Shown: positions 1-10,514, counted from the first letter of the stretch. The stretch: DNA of 64,000 nt from Fibrobacteria bacterium (GCA_037447435.1 JBBIGR010000002.1:1-64000), one strand, 5' to 3'. Notes: generated from the sequence alone by a model not told the origin. Program-made: numbers and translations.

Positions 1-534
1 GTTGCGGGAATCGCCGTCGATGAACGTAAGGTTTTGCACGGTAAGCCGCGGCGTTTCCTGATTGTCGCAATGCGACGAAGTCCAATGTTGATTTTGGTCA
101 CAGGTGTTCATGTACAAAATCCTGGTCGTGCCGCCGCCGGATAATGTCACAAGCCCGCCGCCGTCGATTACCACATCGGTACTCGCATCATTAAAAACTT
201 TGGCAGTTTTTTTTAGGGTGATCGTGACCGGCTTTCCGCCCGTGCTGAAAACGATTTTTCCGCCCTTTGCAACTGCGGCGACAAAGGAATCGGCCGTACA
301 CGACTGCGGCGTACCGGAACCGACAATATGATCGGGGGTGGAAACGTCGATGGGGCCGGCTTCGCTTGGTACCGGAAATGCCGCATTTGGATTTCCTGCC
401 GCGGGAAGCGAGTCTGAAAACGCCACGAGCGCATGCGGTGAAACATATGACGTCGGAACAGTTTCGGTGCTGCAGTGAATAACTGAAACCACGATCGTCG
501 CAATGAACAATGCCCCTTTTTTATTTTGTCCCAT
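1..534 (-). CDS. Putative lipoprotein, likely beta-helix/pectin-lyase-like repeat protein (partial, runs off window start)
   Basis: Manual translation, not in the ORF track: MGQNKKGALFIATIVVSVIHC (lipobox-like) ... GSGTPQSCTADSFVAAVAKGGKIVF ... VVIDGGGLVTLSGGGTTRILYMNTCD ... LTVQNLTFIDG; open to position 1. Confidence 0.7.
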   Translation of the reverse strand, partial: MGQNKKGALFIATIVVSVIHCSTETVPTSYVSPHALVAFSDSLPAAGNPNAAFPVPSEAGPIDVSTPDHIVGSGTPQSCTADSFVAAVAKGGKIVFSTGGKPVTITLKKTAKVFNDASTDVVIDGGGLVTLSGGGTTRILYMNTCDQNQHWTSSHCDNQETPRLTVQNLTFIDGDSRN

Positions 535-635
535 AGTACTATAATAACAAAACGGCATTGGCGTGTGTATATATTAATTTTTACAAGGCTTTGCGGAGCA
601 TATCGCCACTAGGATGTCTGATGTATTTTTAAATA

Positions 636-1385
636 ATGGAAGAAATAGAAAACCCCTTTTTAAAACTCCTTTCTTTGCCTTTTGTCCATAAACTCCATTA
701 TTTCGGTTCCATTGAATCGACCAACACGTTTGCAAAAAGCCTCACGGATTTTTCGGACAGCGGCCTTACCGTCGTTATCGCGAAAAGTCAGACAGCGGGC
801 CGGGGCCAGCGAGGCAATTCTTTTTTTTCCTGCGAACCGGGCGGAATTTTCGCGACTATCGTTTGTCCGGTGACGACAGTTGAAAACCATTTTATTTACA
901 ATAGAGCAATTTGCCTTTCCATAGTCGACGCTGTCAAGGCTGTATACCCCGATGCGCCGCTTGCGATTAAATGGCCGAACGATGTTTATTGGTCTGCAAA
1001 AAAAATCTGCGGGATTCTGCTTGAATCGACCGTTTTTTCGGATAAGCATCTGATCATCGGGTTCGGAATCAACGTGAATATTCGCATTGAGAATTTTCCC
1101 CACGACATTCAAAACATCGCTACGTCGCTTTTTTCTGAAACAGGAAAAACCACAGAGCTTTCGGACCTCCTGTGCGATATCGTGAAACGGTTCGAGAAAT
1201 TTAAAACCATTCCCGCGGACGACGCACACGAAATATACGGAAAACTGCTTTACAAAATCGGAAGCCCCATCGAAATTTCGGATATTCGCGGCATATTGTC
1301 CGGCGTATTGCCCGACGGCCGCCTTGTAGTTGAAACGGATGCGGGAAAAGAATTCCGCATTTCAGGAACCGTCAGATTTCTCTGA
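636..1385 (+). CDS. birA: Biotin--[acetyl-CoA-carboxylase] ligase (no N-terminal HTH)
   Basis: STNT, QTAGRGQRG, IKWPND, KKICGIL and GINVN motifs. Confidence 0.95.
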   Translation: MEEIENPFLKLLSLPFVHKLHYFGSIESTNTFAKSLTDFSDSGLTVVIAKSQTAGRGQRGNSFFSCEPGGIFATIVCPVTTVENHFIYNRAICLSIVDAVKAVYPDAPLAIKWPNDVYWSAKKICGILLESTVFSDKHLIIGFGINVNIRIENFPHDIQNIATSLFSETGKTTELSDLLCDIVKRFEKFKTIPADDAHEIYGKLLYKIGSPIEISDIRGILSGVLPDGRLVVETDAGKEFRISGTVRFL

Positions 1386-1485
1386 ACAGATTAAACGGGC
1401 ACCAAACATTTTTCACACGCCTCTCTTGGCAAATTCCGATTTTCGGCAATTGTGTCGGAATAAAAAAGTAATTTCATTAGAAGCC

Positions 1486-2256
1486 ATGAAAACAAAACAT
1501 CCTACCCTCGCCGTAGATATCGGTAATACCAACACCCATGCCGGACTTATCGATGTGCATACATTGCATTGCCTTAAAATCGAGGTATTTCCGACAAAGG
1601 AAATTACTCAAAAACTTTTACTATCGCTCTCGTCGCTTTGCGAAGGGTATGAGAAGGCACGCGTCCCCGTAGTCGTGAGCAGCGTAAACCGATCGTTGAG
1701 GCAGGTTATCCTGACCAATATTGACAATTGCGGTTTTTTATCGGCTACCTGGATGAAATGGCATTCCGAGTTGCCGATTTCCGTAGTCTATAAAAATCCC
1801 GAAAAACTCGGCACCGACCGTATTGCCAATGCCCTGTATTCGCACGCGGTGCATCCGGGGCAAAACAAGATCATTATCTGTTCGGGAACAGCCACGACCA
1901 TTGATTTTTTAAAAAAAGGCGACACGTTTTTAGGCGGTACGATATTGCCCGGAATACTCACCCAGTTTAAAAGCCTCAAGGACAATACAAATGAGCTTCC
2001 GTTTGTAAACAGTCTTGATACCGCACTGACTTTTCCCGGTACCGACACGGAGGAATGCATTCATGCGGGTGTGATTCTGGGAACCTGCGGCGCCATTACC
2101 CATATTGTCGATAAATACAAATCGTTGTTCGGAAACGATTGCATCGTGCTTGCCGGAGGCGGCGCCTGGAAATACCTGCGGCAAAACGTCGATTTTGAAC
2201 ATACGTACGTCGAAAACCTGACGCTGATCGGAACCGCCCTTTATTCGGCTCAGTAG
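1486..2256 (+). CDS. coaX: Type III pantothenate kinase
   Basis: AVDIGNT, LGTDRIA, SGTATTID, GGTILPG motifs; follows birA; start moved to ATG 1486. Confidence 0.93.
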   Translation: MKTKHPTLAVDIGNTNTHAGLIDVHTLHCLKIEVFPTKEITQKLLLSLSSLCEGYEKARVPVVVSSVNRSLRQVILTNIDNCGFLSATWMKWHSELPISVVYKNPEKLGTDRIANALYSHAVHPGQNKIIICSGTATTIDFLKKGDTFLGGTILPGILTQFKSLKDNTNELPFVNSLDTALTFPGTDTEECIHAGVILGTCGAITHIVDKYKSLFGNDCIVLAGGGAWKYLRQNVDFEHTYVENLTLIGTALYSAQ

Positions 2257-3806
2257 CAACGGCTGCTCTTTTTTGTCAAAACCCTCATGGCTTTGGAAAT
2301 ATTCCCGACGATATCGCTTGCTATAACAGAATATTCGGTCAATTCCTCGCTCGCCAATTCTCCGGATTTCGCATGGATATACGCCCCGAGCATCGCCGCA
2401 TACGGCACGGAAACACCCTGGGCAATAAGGGAAACGATAGTGCCGCTCAGGACATCCCCGCTCCCGGCGGTTGCCATTCCGGAATTACCGTACGGCAACA
2501 GGAACACATCGCCCTGCGGAACCGCAACGATCGTCGGGAATCCTTTGTAAAGTACGGTCAGTCCGAATTCTTTGGCGGTTTTGCGCACTATTTCGACAAC
2601 CTCCAGCGGTTCTTTGGGGAGAGGTCCGAATAATCGGGCCCATTCCTCCTTATGCGGCGTAATGACCAGCGGCGACGCATGGTTTTTAAGTTCCTGAACT
2701 TTTCCTTTGAATGCATTCAGACCATCGGCGTCCAAAACGCATGATGTCGGACACCAGGCAATAAAATTTCTTACCAACCGGGACGTTTCCTCCTCGTGAG
2801 AAATTCCCGGGCCAATGCAAACGGCCTGGAATTGCTTTGATTTTTCAAGCAGGAAATCCAAGGAGGAAAACCCGGGCGTCCCCAGGGGCGATTCATCGAT
2901 ACCGTGCAAAACAACTTCTGTCAATTTACCGGCAAGCGTTTGCAGTATGCCCTTGGGCGAAAAACAATGAACCATGCCGCATCCGGTACGCATGGCGGCC
3001 TGTGAAGCCAAAACGGCCGCACCCGCCATTCCCCGGGAACCGCAAATCATCATCGCGACGCCATGATCGAACTTAGACCCGTCGGGTTTGCGCGGGGGTA
3101 ACAATTCCTTAAAATCGGGCAATTCCGGATAAAAGGTTTTATTCGATTGCATGTCGATAAGATCTTTAGGATACCCCAAGTCGCAAATATGCAATCTCCC
3201 GACCACGCTTCGTCCGGGAAAAAAGAATGAACCGATTTTCGGAAATCCCATTGCGACGGTTGTATGCGCATGTATGCACGGGTTCATAGGAAGAGCCTGA
3301 TCGTTATCGAGGCCTGAAGGAGTATCGGCAGCCAAAACCCGTACCCCCGAATCATTGATCGCCTGTATAACCTCGGCGCTGATTCCGTGCGGATCGCCTT
3401 TTATTCCCGTTCCGAGTACCGCATCGATTATCAAACTGCATTTATCAATGGACACCAAATCCGCAACATCGTCCAAGACCATAAAATTTCCCTTAATGGA
3501 ATCGTAATGATCAAATGCCATTTTGGCTTCGCCCTGCAGCGTCTCCGGTTGACATAACGCATAGCACATGACGGAATACCCTGCCTCGACGAGTAATGAT
3601 GCGACGGAAAATCCGTCGCCGCCGTTATTACCCTTGCCGCAGAATACCGAAATGTCTCCGGCTTTGGGATCGGGCGCAAGTTCACGGGCAATATCGTAGA
3701 GGCCTTTTGCCGCTTTATTCATATACGCATACCCGATTTCGTGATTGCCGGCTATTGCCATTCCGTCTATTTTCCTCATTTGTGCGACAGAGAGAACAGT
3801 GATCAT
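2250..3806 (-). CDS. nnr: Bifunctional NAD(P)H-hydrate epimerase/dehydratase (YjeF)
   Basis: CGKGNNGGDG, DAVLGTG, DTPSG, IGPG, LDADGL, ITPH, MATAGSGDVLSG; start at MITVLSVAQMR. Confidence 0.95.
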   Translation of the reverse strand: MITVLSVAQMRKIDGMAIAGNHEIGYAYMNKAAKGLYDIARELAPDPKAGDISVFCGKGNNGGDGFSVASLLVEAGYSVMCYALCQPETLQGEAKMAFDHYDSIKGNFMVLDDVADLVSIDKCSLIIDAVLGTGIKGDPHGISAEVIQAINDSGVRVLAADTPSGLDNDQALPMNPCIHAHTTVAMGFPKIGSFFFPGRSVVGRLHICDLGYPKDLIDMQSNKTFYPELPDFKELLPPRKPDGSKFDHGVAMMICGSRGMAGAAVLASQAAMRTGCGMVHCFSPKGILQTLAGKLTEVVLHGIDESPLGTPGFSSLDFLLEKSKQFQAVCIGPGISHEEETSRLVRNFIAWCPTSCVLDADGLNAFKGKVQELKNHASPLVITPHKEEWARLFGPLPKEPLEVVEIVRKTAKEFGLTVLYKGFPTIVAVPQGDVFLLPYGNSGMATAGSGDVLSGTIVSLIAQGVSVPYAAMLGAYIHAKSGELASEELTEYSVIASDIVGNISKAMRVLTKKSSRCY

Positions 3807-4023
3807 GGCATATCCTTTACATGTGATTGTTAATTCGCTTTTGCATGTTCGGTCCCACTCATCGGCGATGTGCTCGGGGACGCACGATAATAGTATAATT
3901 TCCTCCCGCCCTCGTGGCAAATAAAGAACAAGTATGGGTTTGAATCCGGGAACAAAGTATTTTGATACTGCGATTTTCAGTATCCCTTTTCTACACTTTT
4001 ATTTTTTTTGCGTGGTGTTTTTT

Positions 4024-4563
4024 ATGCACCGATTATTCATTGCAATTGATTTTCCGGACAAAACCAGGGACGACCTGGCAAACCTTTGTTTCGGTATTCC
4101 CGGCGCCCGGTGGACATCAAAGGACCAAATGCATTGTACCATCCGGTTTATCGGCGATACCGACGATGCGGAGCTCGAGGAGACTATTGACATTCTAGAA
4201 AGCGTCAACCGCTCCCGTTTTTCGCTGAACATTAAAGGTGTGGGATATTTTCCGCCGCGACGGAAACCGAACATTATTTGGGCTGGTATCGAGCTTTCGG
4301 AGCCGTTTAGCGAATTGAAAGATTCCATTGAACTGCGTATGCAGGAACTCGGGTACGAGAACGAGGAGCGGAAATACCATCCTCATATTACCCTTGCGCG
4401 TCTCAGACAAGAATCTCCGATTGACAGGATTATGGGCTTCATTTCCGCAAATGCCTTGCTCAAATTCCCGGACATCCCGATCAATGAATTCCATTTATAC
4501 TCAAGTACGCTGACGCCGGATGGCGCAGTACACACAAAAGAAGCGTCATTTTCCCTTATTTGA
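4024..4563 (+). CDS. thpR: RNA 2',3'-cyclic phosphodiesterase (2H phosphoesterase)
   Basis: MHRLFIAI start; two HxT motifs (HCTIRFIG, HITLAR). Confidence 0.92.
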   Translation: MHRLFIAIDFPDKTRDDLANLCFGIPGARWTSKDQMHCTIRFIGDTDDAELEETIDILESVNRSRFSLNIKGVGYFPPRRKPNIIWAGIELSEPFSELKDSIELRMQELGYENEERKYHPHITLARLRQESPIDRIMGFISANALLKFPDIPINEFHLYSSTLTPDGAVHTKEASFSLI

Positions 4564-5283
4564 ATCCAGAATCCGCTTTTTTATCGCTTTGCGTTTTTCC
4601 ATGAATTCGAATGCGCTGTTTGCGGTTTGGTTGACGATACGATTTTCCGGAAATCCGACGGTTTGGAGCAGAGGGCGGACGGAATTGTCGAGCCCGATTT
4701 CACCGATTGCATGCGCATCGGAATTGATGGCAATGAGGCATCCGACCGAATTGCAAACCGCAAGATATTCCATCATCAATTCTTTTGAAACGCGGTTGTT
4801 CAATATTTTTGAGTTGTTGCATTCGAGCGCCACGCCATGCTCTTTTGCAAATAATGCAAGCTCCTTAAAATCAACCGGATATTCCACGTCCTCGGGATGC
4901 GTCACGATATCGACAAACGCGTTTTTCTCGAGGGCCCTGATCAAAAGCCCGGTATTGTGCGCTACGGTCTGTTTTTTAGGCAAATGGGGATGCAATCCCA
5001 ACAACACAATGTCGACCCATTGCAAATACCGCATTGGAAAATCGATTTCCCCGTTTTCTCCCGCGATGTTGCATTCCATACCTTTAATCAGCCGGATGCC
5101 CGGAACCGGATCGAATAACCGGTCGAAAAAAGTGCTTGGGGTCGTGCTTTTGAGTACGGGCCCATGGTCGGTAAGTGCAAGCGCGGTCAAACCGAGTTTC
5201 TTTGCCGCAGTAAGCATTTCTATGACACTGTGTAGGCCGCATTGGCTGAAATGCGTATGCGAATGAAAGTCGACTTCGAGCAT
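4546..5283 (-). CDS. PHP-domain phosphatase (YcdX-like)
   Basis: DFHSHT, LTDHG, HP, NSDAH PHP motifs. Confidence 0.85.
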   Translation of the reverse strand: MLEVDFHSHTHFSQCGLHSVIEMLTAAKKLGLTALALTDHGPVLKSTTPSTFFDRLFDPVPGIRLIKGMECNIAGENGEIDFPMRYLQWVDIVLLGLHPHLPKKQTVAHNTGLLIRALEKNAFVDIVTHPEDVEYPVDFKELALFAKEHGVALECNNSKILNNRVSKELMMEYLAVCNSVGCLIAINSDAHAIGEIGLDNSVRPLLQTVGFPENRIVNQTANSAFEFMEKRKAIKKRILDSNKGK

Positions 5284-5395
5284 ATGGTAATACCTTTTCT
5301 ACTGGATTTAAGAACAAAAATATACTTTAAGCGCAAAAAAAACCGCTGCAAGGCATTTGCAGCGGTCAATTCAATTATCCGGAAAAAGGATTTGG

Positions 5396-6661
5396 TTATT
5401 TACTTATGCAGATTTGCCCTCGAACGGTTTCGCTTCCCACGGACAGGACAAAGAGATACGTACCGCGACCGACTTTACCGCCTCCCGAAGTTTGACAATT
5501 CCAAACAAGCTCGGTTGAAGACCAGATTTTCGCACCGCTGAGCGCATGGACCGCAAGATGCGTTTTTTCGCTATTTATCTTGTCGACATCAAAATGAACG
5601 AACGGAGAATTCGCCTCATGCCGAATGCTTACACGGAGCCCGATTTTTTCCGCCGAAAGCCCGCTGTGGGTTACCGTCACGTCGGGGTACGGCGGCGCAA
5701 GATTGACGATATCCATATTGTTCGGATCGTTGGTCCCAAGTTTATACGATCCCGTGGCCGCAAGATTGAACACGTTTCGGGCCGCAGTTTCACGATCGGC
5801 CGGTAATCCGTTCGCTTTAAGCAGCAGCATGCCCTGATAGTCTGCCGCGACCATATCTTTACTTGCTATAATTGAATACGAAGTGTTTGTCGGGTTTCCG
5901 AAAGGGCCGTCGTTGGTACGCATCAATATGGCGTCGATAAGTACCAACACCTGTTTGTTTTTCAATGTGGGCTGGCTGCTGATGATAGAAAGCGACGGGC
6001 TCGCGGCATTGTAATAATAGGCATGCATGGCAGACTGGTCGGGCTGACCCAAGACAACGATAGTTCCCATCATGTTCTTAAGCGACAATGATACGCCGGC
6101 GATATCGGAACGCGTTGCCCAGCATACGGGCATATTGATGATATAATCCACATTGACGATAGGGTCCTGGAACTTGCAGGCGCTGCTGCCGATGGTAAAC
6201 CCGGGATTACCCGACGAAGCCGGCTTATCGTTATTGTGTTGGGAAATATTGGCTGCCGGAAATTTTCCGTTCAGCATATATTGAAGCCCCTTGATCAGAG
6301 ATGCCTTGACAAGCATATACGGGGTTTTAACCGTATTCACCTGATCGGTATTGCCGTTGTAGCTGCCGCTCGAACCGTTGTATTTGATGGCGATTTTTGT
6401 CGTTGACGTAACCGGCTTGGGAAATAGCGCTTCATATGCCGCGGCCTTGACAGATTGCCCCGTAAGATTCATTATGGCCTGGTCGACCATTTCCTGGATT
6501 TTAGCTTCGTCCGCTTTGCCGGCGACGTAGCATTGCGTGTCTTTGACAATAACGACTTTCGATTTAGGCGACTGCGCAAATACGTCACGCTTCAACACGG
6601 GCGACAGGGACAACGCCGTTGTTGCCGCTGAAGCGGTCTTAAGAAAATCTCGACGTTTCAT
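5396..6661 (-). CDS. DUF362-like protein with Tat signal and C-terminal FlgD/T9SS-like domain
   Basis: MKRRDFLK twin-Arg signal; SKVVIV, DYIINMP, GVSLSLKNMMG, DMVAAD; C-terminal LVWN..GRGTYLFVL. Confidence 0.75.
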   Translation of the reverse strand: MKRRDFLKTASAATTALSLSPVLKRDVFAQSPKSKVVIVKDTQCYVAGKADEAKIQEMVDQAIMNLTGQSVKAAAYEALFPKPVTSTTKIAIKYNGSSGSYNGNTDQVNTVKTPYMLVKASLIKGLQYMLNGKFPAANISQHNNDKPASSGNPGFTIGSSACKFQDPIVNVDYIINMPVCWATRSDIAGVSLSLKNMMGTIVVLGQPDQSAMHAYYYNAASPSLSIISSQPTLKNKQVLVLIDAILMRTNDGPFGNPTNTSYSIIASKDMVAADYQGMLLLKANGLPADRETAARNVFNLAATGSYKLGTNDPNNMDIVNLAPPYPDVTVTHSGLSAEKIGLRVSIRHEANSPFVHFDVDKINSEKTHLAVHALSGAKIWSSTELVWNCQTSGGGKVGRGTYLFVLSVGSETVRGQICISK

Positions 6662-6686
6662 ATGACACCTTTTTTGGGTTACACGG

Positions 6687-7256
6687 TTACTTGACTGCGG
6701 CAATCTTGGTTTGAAAGGATTTTAAAAACTTGTCGGACGCATCGACCGATTCAAGACAAGACGAAAAACTTGAAAAAGTAAACTCGCAATAAAATTGCTG
6801 AAAATGCCCGAATGTCATATTCCCGTACATTGAAGAGGTGTCGACCATTGCAACATCCTGTGAAAAAGACGGAGACAGAACCGGTTTTGTCACATCATTC
6901 AATCGCATCCTGTATACATTGGTTGCCTTTGCAGCTGTTCCGAAGTCCAAAATCCAAATTTTGCAAATACTGTCGCCGTGCTCGACAAATTGAATCGCCG
7001 CCCGAACCATACCGGAATCCACAAACTTTTTCCCGGCCCCGTTTACCGCGGCGTAAAAGGCATTACTCGTGGAATATTCGGTATATCCATGCGTCGAATC
7101 GAGCGTCCAGCCGGCAACATCGGTATTGCCAAATTTGATTTGTGATAACGCAATTACATTACCTGCAGTATTTGCCGTGGATGTCGGCGAAGTGCATGCG
7201 CATAATAGCGCAACGACACATTGAACCGTGATAATAATCCTGTCTCTTTTTTTCAT
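6687..7256 (-). CDS. Putative lipoprotein (possibly DUF6599-like)
   Basis: Lipobox LLCAC; YAAVNGAG..F and ILDFGT..KA patterns; adjacent to the DUF362 gene. Confidence 0.6.
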   Translation of the reverse strand: MKKRDRIIITVQCVVALLCACTSPTSTANTAGNVIALSQIKFGNTDVAGWTLDSTHGYTEYSTSNAFYAAVNGAGKKFVDSGMVRAAIQFVEHGDSICKIWILDFGTAAKATNVYRMRLNDVTKPVLSPSFSQDVAMVDTSSMYGNMTFGHFQQFYCEFTFSSFSSCLESVDASDKFLKSFQTKIAAVK

Positions 7257-7534
7257 GATACACGCACCCTTTCTGATATGATTCCCCGATTATTAAAACT
7301 GCGAACTATGGATAATATAAAGCAATTTTGAGCAACTATCAACATTTAATAACAAAATATTTAAATTTATTTTAAAAATAATAAATTTTATAATTCATGT
7401 TTATTTATCCGAAGCATCTAACATTACCAGCAATTATTTAATAAAATTTTTAAAAAACAAGTAATAAGCAATGTACTGTTTGATTCAGTAATGAAAATTC
7501 GCAGGAGGACAGGATGATGGGATGAAAATCAAAA

Positions 7535-7558
7535 GGGCGCAAAATTTTGCGCCCCTAC
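7535..7558. repeat. GTAG-type REP palindrome
   Basis: GGGCGCAAAATTTTGCGCCC perfect palindrome followed by CTAC (GTAG on minus strand). Confidence 0.7.
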
Positions 7559-7575
7559 AGAATGCAAAATGAAAT

Positions 7576-7610
7576 AAAAAAAAGCAAGGCCGTAAGGCCT
7601 TGCTTTTTTT
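7576..7610. terminator. Intrinsic terminator downstream of ppdK (bidirectional form)
   Basis: A8-GCAAGGCC-GTAA-GGCCTTGC-T7. Confidence 0.85.
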
Positions 7611-7649
7611 ATTCTAACTCGCCTCATGCTTCCCATGGGATAAGTTTTC

Positions 7650-7689
7650 TTTATGGATTATCTACGCAAAAGCGTAGATAATCCATAAA
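7650..7689. repeat. Perfect 18-bp inverted repeat just after the ppdK stop
   Basis: TTTATGGATTATCTACGC-AAAA-GCGTAGATAATCCATAAA. Confidence 0.8.
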
Positions 7690-7712
7690 TATAAGCACTT
7701 AAAACCAGCTAC

Positions 7713-10514
7713 TTACTTTTTGCCTTTTTTCTTGGCAACAGGCTTCTTTGCAGCAGCCTTTTTAGCAGCAGGTTTCTTTGCAGCGAGGATGTCTTCGACT
7801 GCAGCCTGAGCTGCGGCCAAACGGGCGATAGGAACGCGGAACGGTGAGCATGAAACATAGTTCATACCGATTTTATGGCAGAACTTGACTGAATCCGCAT
7901 CTCCGCCGTGTTCGCCGCAAATACCCACTTTGAGTTTTTCGCGGACCGAACGACCACGCTGTATTCCGATTTTGATAAGCTCGCCGACACCGTCGAAATC
8001 GATTGTCTGGAACGGGTCGATGGGCAGCACTTTCTTTGTGAGATAATCAGGCAGGAAGCTGCCGATATCGTCGCGGGAGAAACCGAAGCTCATCTGCGTA
8101 AGGTCGTTTGTACCAAACGAGAAGAACTCGGCTGTTTCCGCCATTTTATTGGCCAACAAAGCTGCGCGCGGAATTTCGATCATGGTTCCGTACATGTACG
8201 TGATTTTCTTGACACCCAGTTTTGCGCAAACTTCTTTGTAAACCTTGTCCACAAGCACCTTCTGGTCGTTGATTTCGTTGACCGAACAGGTGACCGGGAT
8301 CATGATTTCAGGGAAAGCCTTCTTGCCTTCTTTAATGAGCTCGCCTGCAGCTTCGAGAATAGCACCAACCTGCATCTCGGTGATTTCAGGATAGGTGATA
8401 CCAAGTCGAACACCGCGATGGCCAAGCATCGGGTTGTTTTCTTTGAGAGATTCTGCGCGACGATGAAGTTCGGTTGCGTCGATATGCAATTCTTTGCCGA
8501 GTGCGTCGAGTTTGTCTTTGGCATGCGGCACGAATTCATGAAGCGGAGGATCGAGCAAGCGAATGGTAACCGGGAGGCCGTTTAAGGCTTCCATGGTCGC
8601 CTTGATGTCTTTCTTGACGAAAGGAGCAAGCTCGGCAAGAGCCGCTTTGCGTTCTTCAAGGGTTTTGGACATGATCATTTTGCGGAGAAGGAACAACGGT
8701 TTGTCGGACCCTTCGCCGTAGAACATGTGTTCGGTTCTGAACAGACCGATACCTTCTGCGCCGAACTCGACTGCCTTTTTGGCATCTTTCGGGGTATCCG
8801 CATTGGTACGGACATTGAGAACGCGGACTTTGTCCACGAGTTTCATAAGGTCGGTGAATGTCGTGTTCTTGGCAATGTCGATTTCAACAAGCGGAAGGCT
8901 GCCTTCATAGACCGTGCCTTTTGTTCCGTTGAGCGTGATCCATTCGCCTTCCTTAATTGTTTTGCCGTTCTTTGTTGTAAACGATTTGTTGTCGTCTGCA
9001 ATGGTGAGATCGCTGCAGCCAACGATACAGCATTTTCCCCAACCGCGAGCAACAAGCGCCGCGTGGGAGGTCATACCGCCCTTGAGGGTGAGAATGGCCT
9101 GTGCCTTGTGCATGCCGTCGACATCTTCGGGAGATGTTTCTTCACGGACAAGGATCACTTTTTCACCGCGTTCGCCCCAAGCAACAGCGTCGTTGCTGGT
9201 GAACACGACACGGCCTTTTGCACCACCGGGACCTGCAGGCAGACCTTTTGCAATGATCGGAGTCGCAAGTTCGGCTTTAGGATCGATCATGGGCAACAAG
9301 AGTTCGACAAGCTGGTTCGGACCAACGCGCATGATAGCGGTGTTGGCATCGATCGACTTTTCTTTGTACATATCGACAGCCATGCGGACAGCGGCAACAC
9401 CGTTGCGTTTTCCAACGCGGCATTGCAGCATATACAGTACGCCTTTTTCGATTGTAAACTCGATGTCCTGCATGTCTTTGTAATGCTTTTCCAAACGGGA
9501 TTGGAACTGGTCGAGCTGTTTGTAACAAACAGGGAACGACTGTTCGAGTGTGGGAAGGTGACGGCTCTGGTCGTTCTGGGAATAATCGTTGATCGGCGCG
9601 GGAGTGCGAATGCCTGCGACAACGTCTTCACCCTGTGCATTGACAAGGTATTCGCCGTAGAACATGTTTTCGCCGTTTCCAGGGTTGCGGGTGAAAGCAA
9701 CACCGGTTGCGGAATCGTCGCCCATGTTTCCGAAAACCATACTCTGAACATTGACTGCTGTACCCCAATCGTCAGGAATTCTTTCGATACGGCGATAGTC
9801 GATGGCGCGTTTGCCATTCCAGCTCATGAACACGGCACCGATTCCGCCCCACAACTGTTCGAGCGGTGTTTCGGGGAATGGTTGTCCCAAAACGTCTTTA
9901 ACGGTTTTCTTGAACTCGACAACAAGCGCTTTAAGATCGTCGGCAGTGAGTTCGGTATCGTTCTTATACCCTTTGGCATGTTTTACAGCTTCGAGTTTTT
10001 CATCGAGAACTTTGCGAATGCCTTTTCCGCCTTTGGGTTCGATACCTGCTGCTTTTTCCATAACAACGTCTGCATACATCATGACCAAGCGGCGATACGC
10101 ATCGTATGCGAAACGGGGATTGTTTGTTTTTGCAATGAGCCCCTGAATTGTCGTGTCGTTAAGACCGATGTTAAGAACGGTATCCATCATACCGGGCATG
10201 GAACGGCGTGCACCGGAACGAACCGACATGAGAAGAGGATCTTTGGCATCGCCGAATTTCTTGCCCATGAGTTTTTCAACAGCCGCAAGAGCCTTGTTGA
10301 CCTGGTCCTTAAGTTCTTTCGGATAAGTTTTCTTGTTGTCGTAGTAGTATGTGCAAACTTCTGTGGTAATGGTGAATCCCGGTGGGACCGGCAATTTAAG
10401 CTGGGGATGTCCTGCCATTTCGGCAAGGTTGGCACCTTTGCCACCCAACAGATTCTTCATCGATTCGTTCCCGTCGGCTTTCCCGCCGCCGAAAAAGTAA
10501 ACATATTTAGCCAT
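7713..10514 (-). CDS. ppdK: Pyruvate, phosphate dikinase
   Basis: LLGGKGANLAEM, SVRSGA, GGMTSHAA (phospho-His), SFGTNDLTQ, GICGEHGGD; RBS AGGAGG. Confidence 0.98.
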   Translation of the reverse strand: MAKYVYFFGGGKADGNESMKNLLGGKGANLAEMAGHPQLKLPVPPGFTITTEVCTYYYDNKKTYPKELKDQVNKALAAVEKLMGKKFGDAKDPLLMSVRSGARRSMPGMMDTVLNIGLNDTTIQGLIAKTNNPRFAYDAYRRLVMMYADVVMEKAAGIEPKGGKGIRKVLDEKLEAVKHAKGYKNDTELTADDLKALVVEFKKTVKDVLGQPFPETPLEQLWGGIGAVFMSWNGKRAIDYRRIERIPDDWGTAVNVQSMVFGNMGDDSATGVAFTRNPGNGENMFYGEYLVNAQGEDVVAGIRTPAPINDYSQNDQSRHLPTLEQSFPVCYKQLDQFQSRLEKHYKDMQDIEFTIEKGVLYMLQCRVGKRNGVAAVRMAVDMYKEKSIDANTAIMRVGPNQLVELLLPMIDPKAELATPIIAKGLPAGPGGAKGRVVFTSNDAVAWGERGEKVILVREETSPEDVDGMHKAQAILTLKGGMTSHAALVARGWGKCCIVGCSDLTIADDNKSFTTKNGKTIKEGEWITLNGTKGTVYEGSLPLVEIDIAKNTTFTDLMKLVDKVRVLNVRTNADTPKDAKKAVEFGAEGIGLFRTEHMFYGEGSDKPLFLLRKMIMSKTLEERKAALAELAPFVKKDIKATMEALNGLPVTIRLLDPPLHEFVPHAKDKLDALGKELHIDATELHRRAESLKENNPMLGHRGVRLGITYPEITEMQVGAILEAAGELIKEGKKAFPEIMIPVTCSVNEINDQKVLVDKVYKEVCAKLGVKKITYMYGTMIEIPRAALLANKMAETAEFFSFGTNDLTQMSFGFSRDDIGSFLPDYLTKKVLPIDPFQTIDFDGVGELIKIGIQRGRSVREKLKVGICGEHGGDADSVKFCHKIGMNYVSCSPFRVPIARLAAAQAAVEDILAAKKPAAKKAAAKKPVAKKKGKK

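Noticed and set aside
104..503. Short ORFs listed in the track at the window start
   Set aside because: The plausible gene is the minus-strand frame 534 to <1; these are alternative frames.
3930..3955. GGTTTGAATCC resembling a tRNA T-loop
   Set aside because: No acceptor, D or anticodon stems around it.
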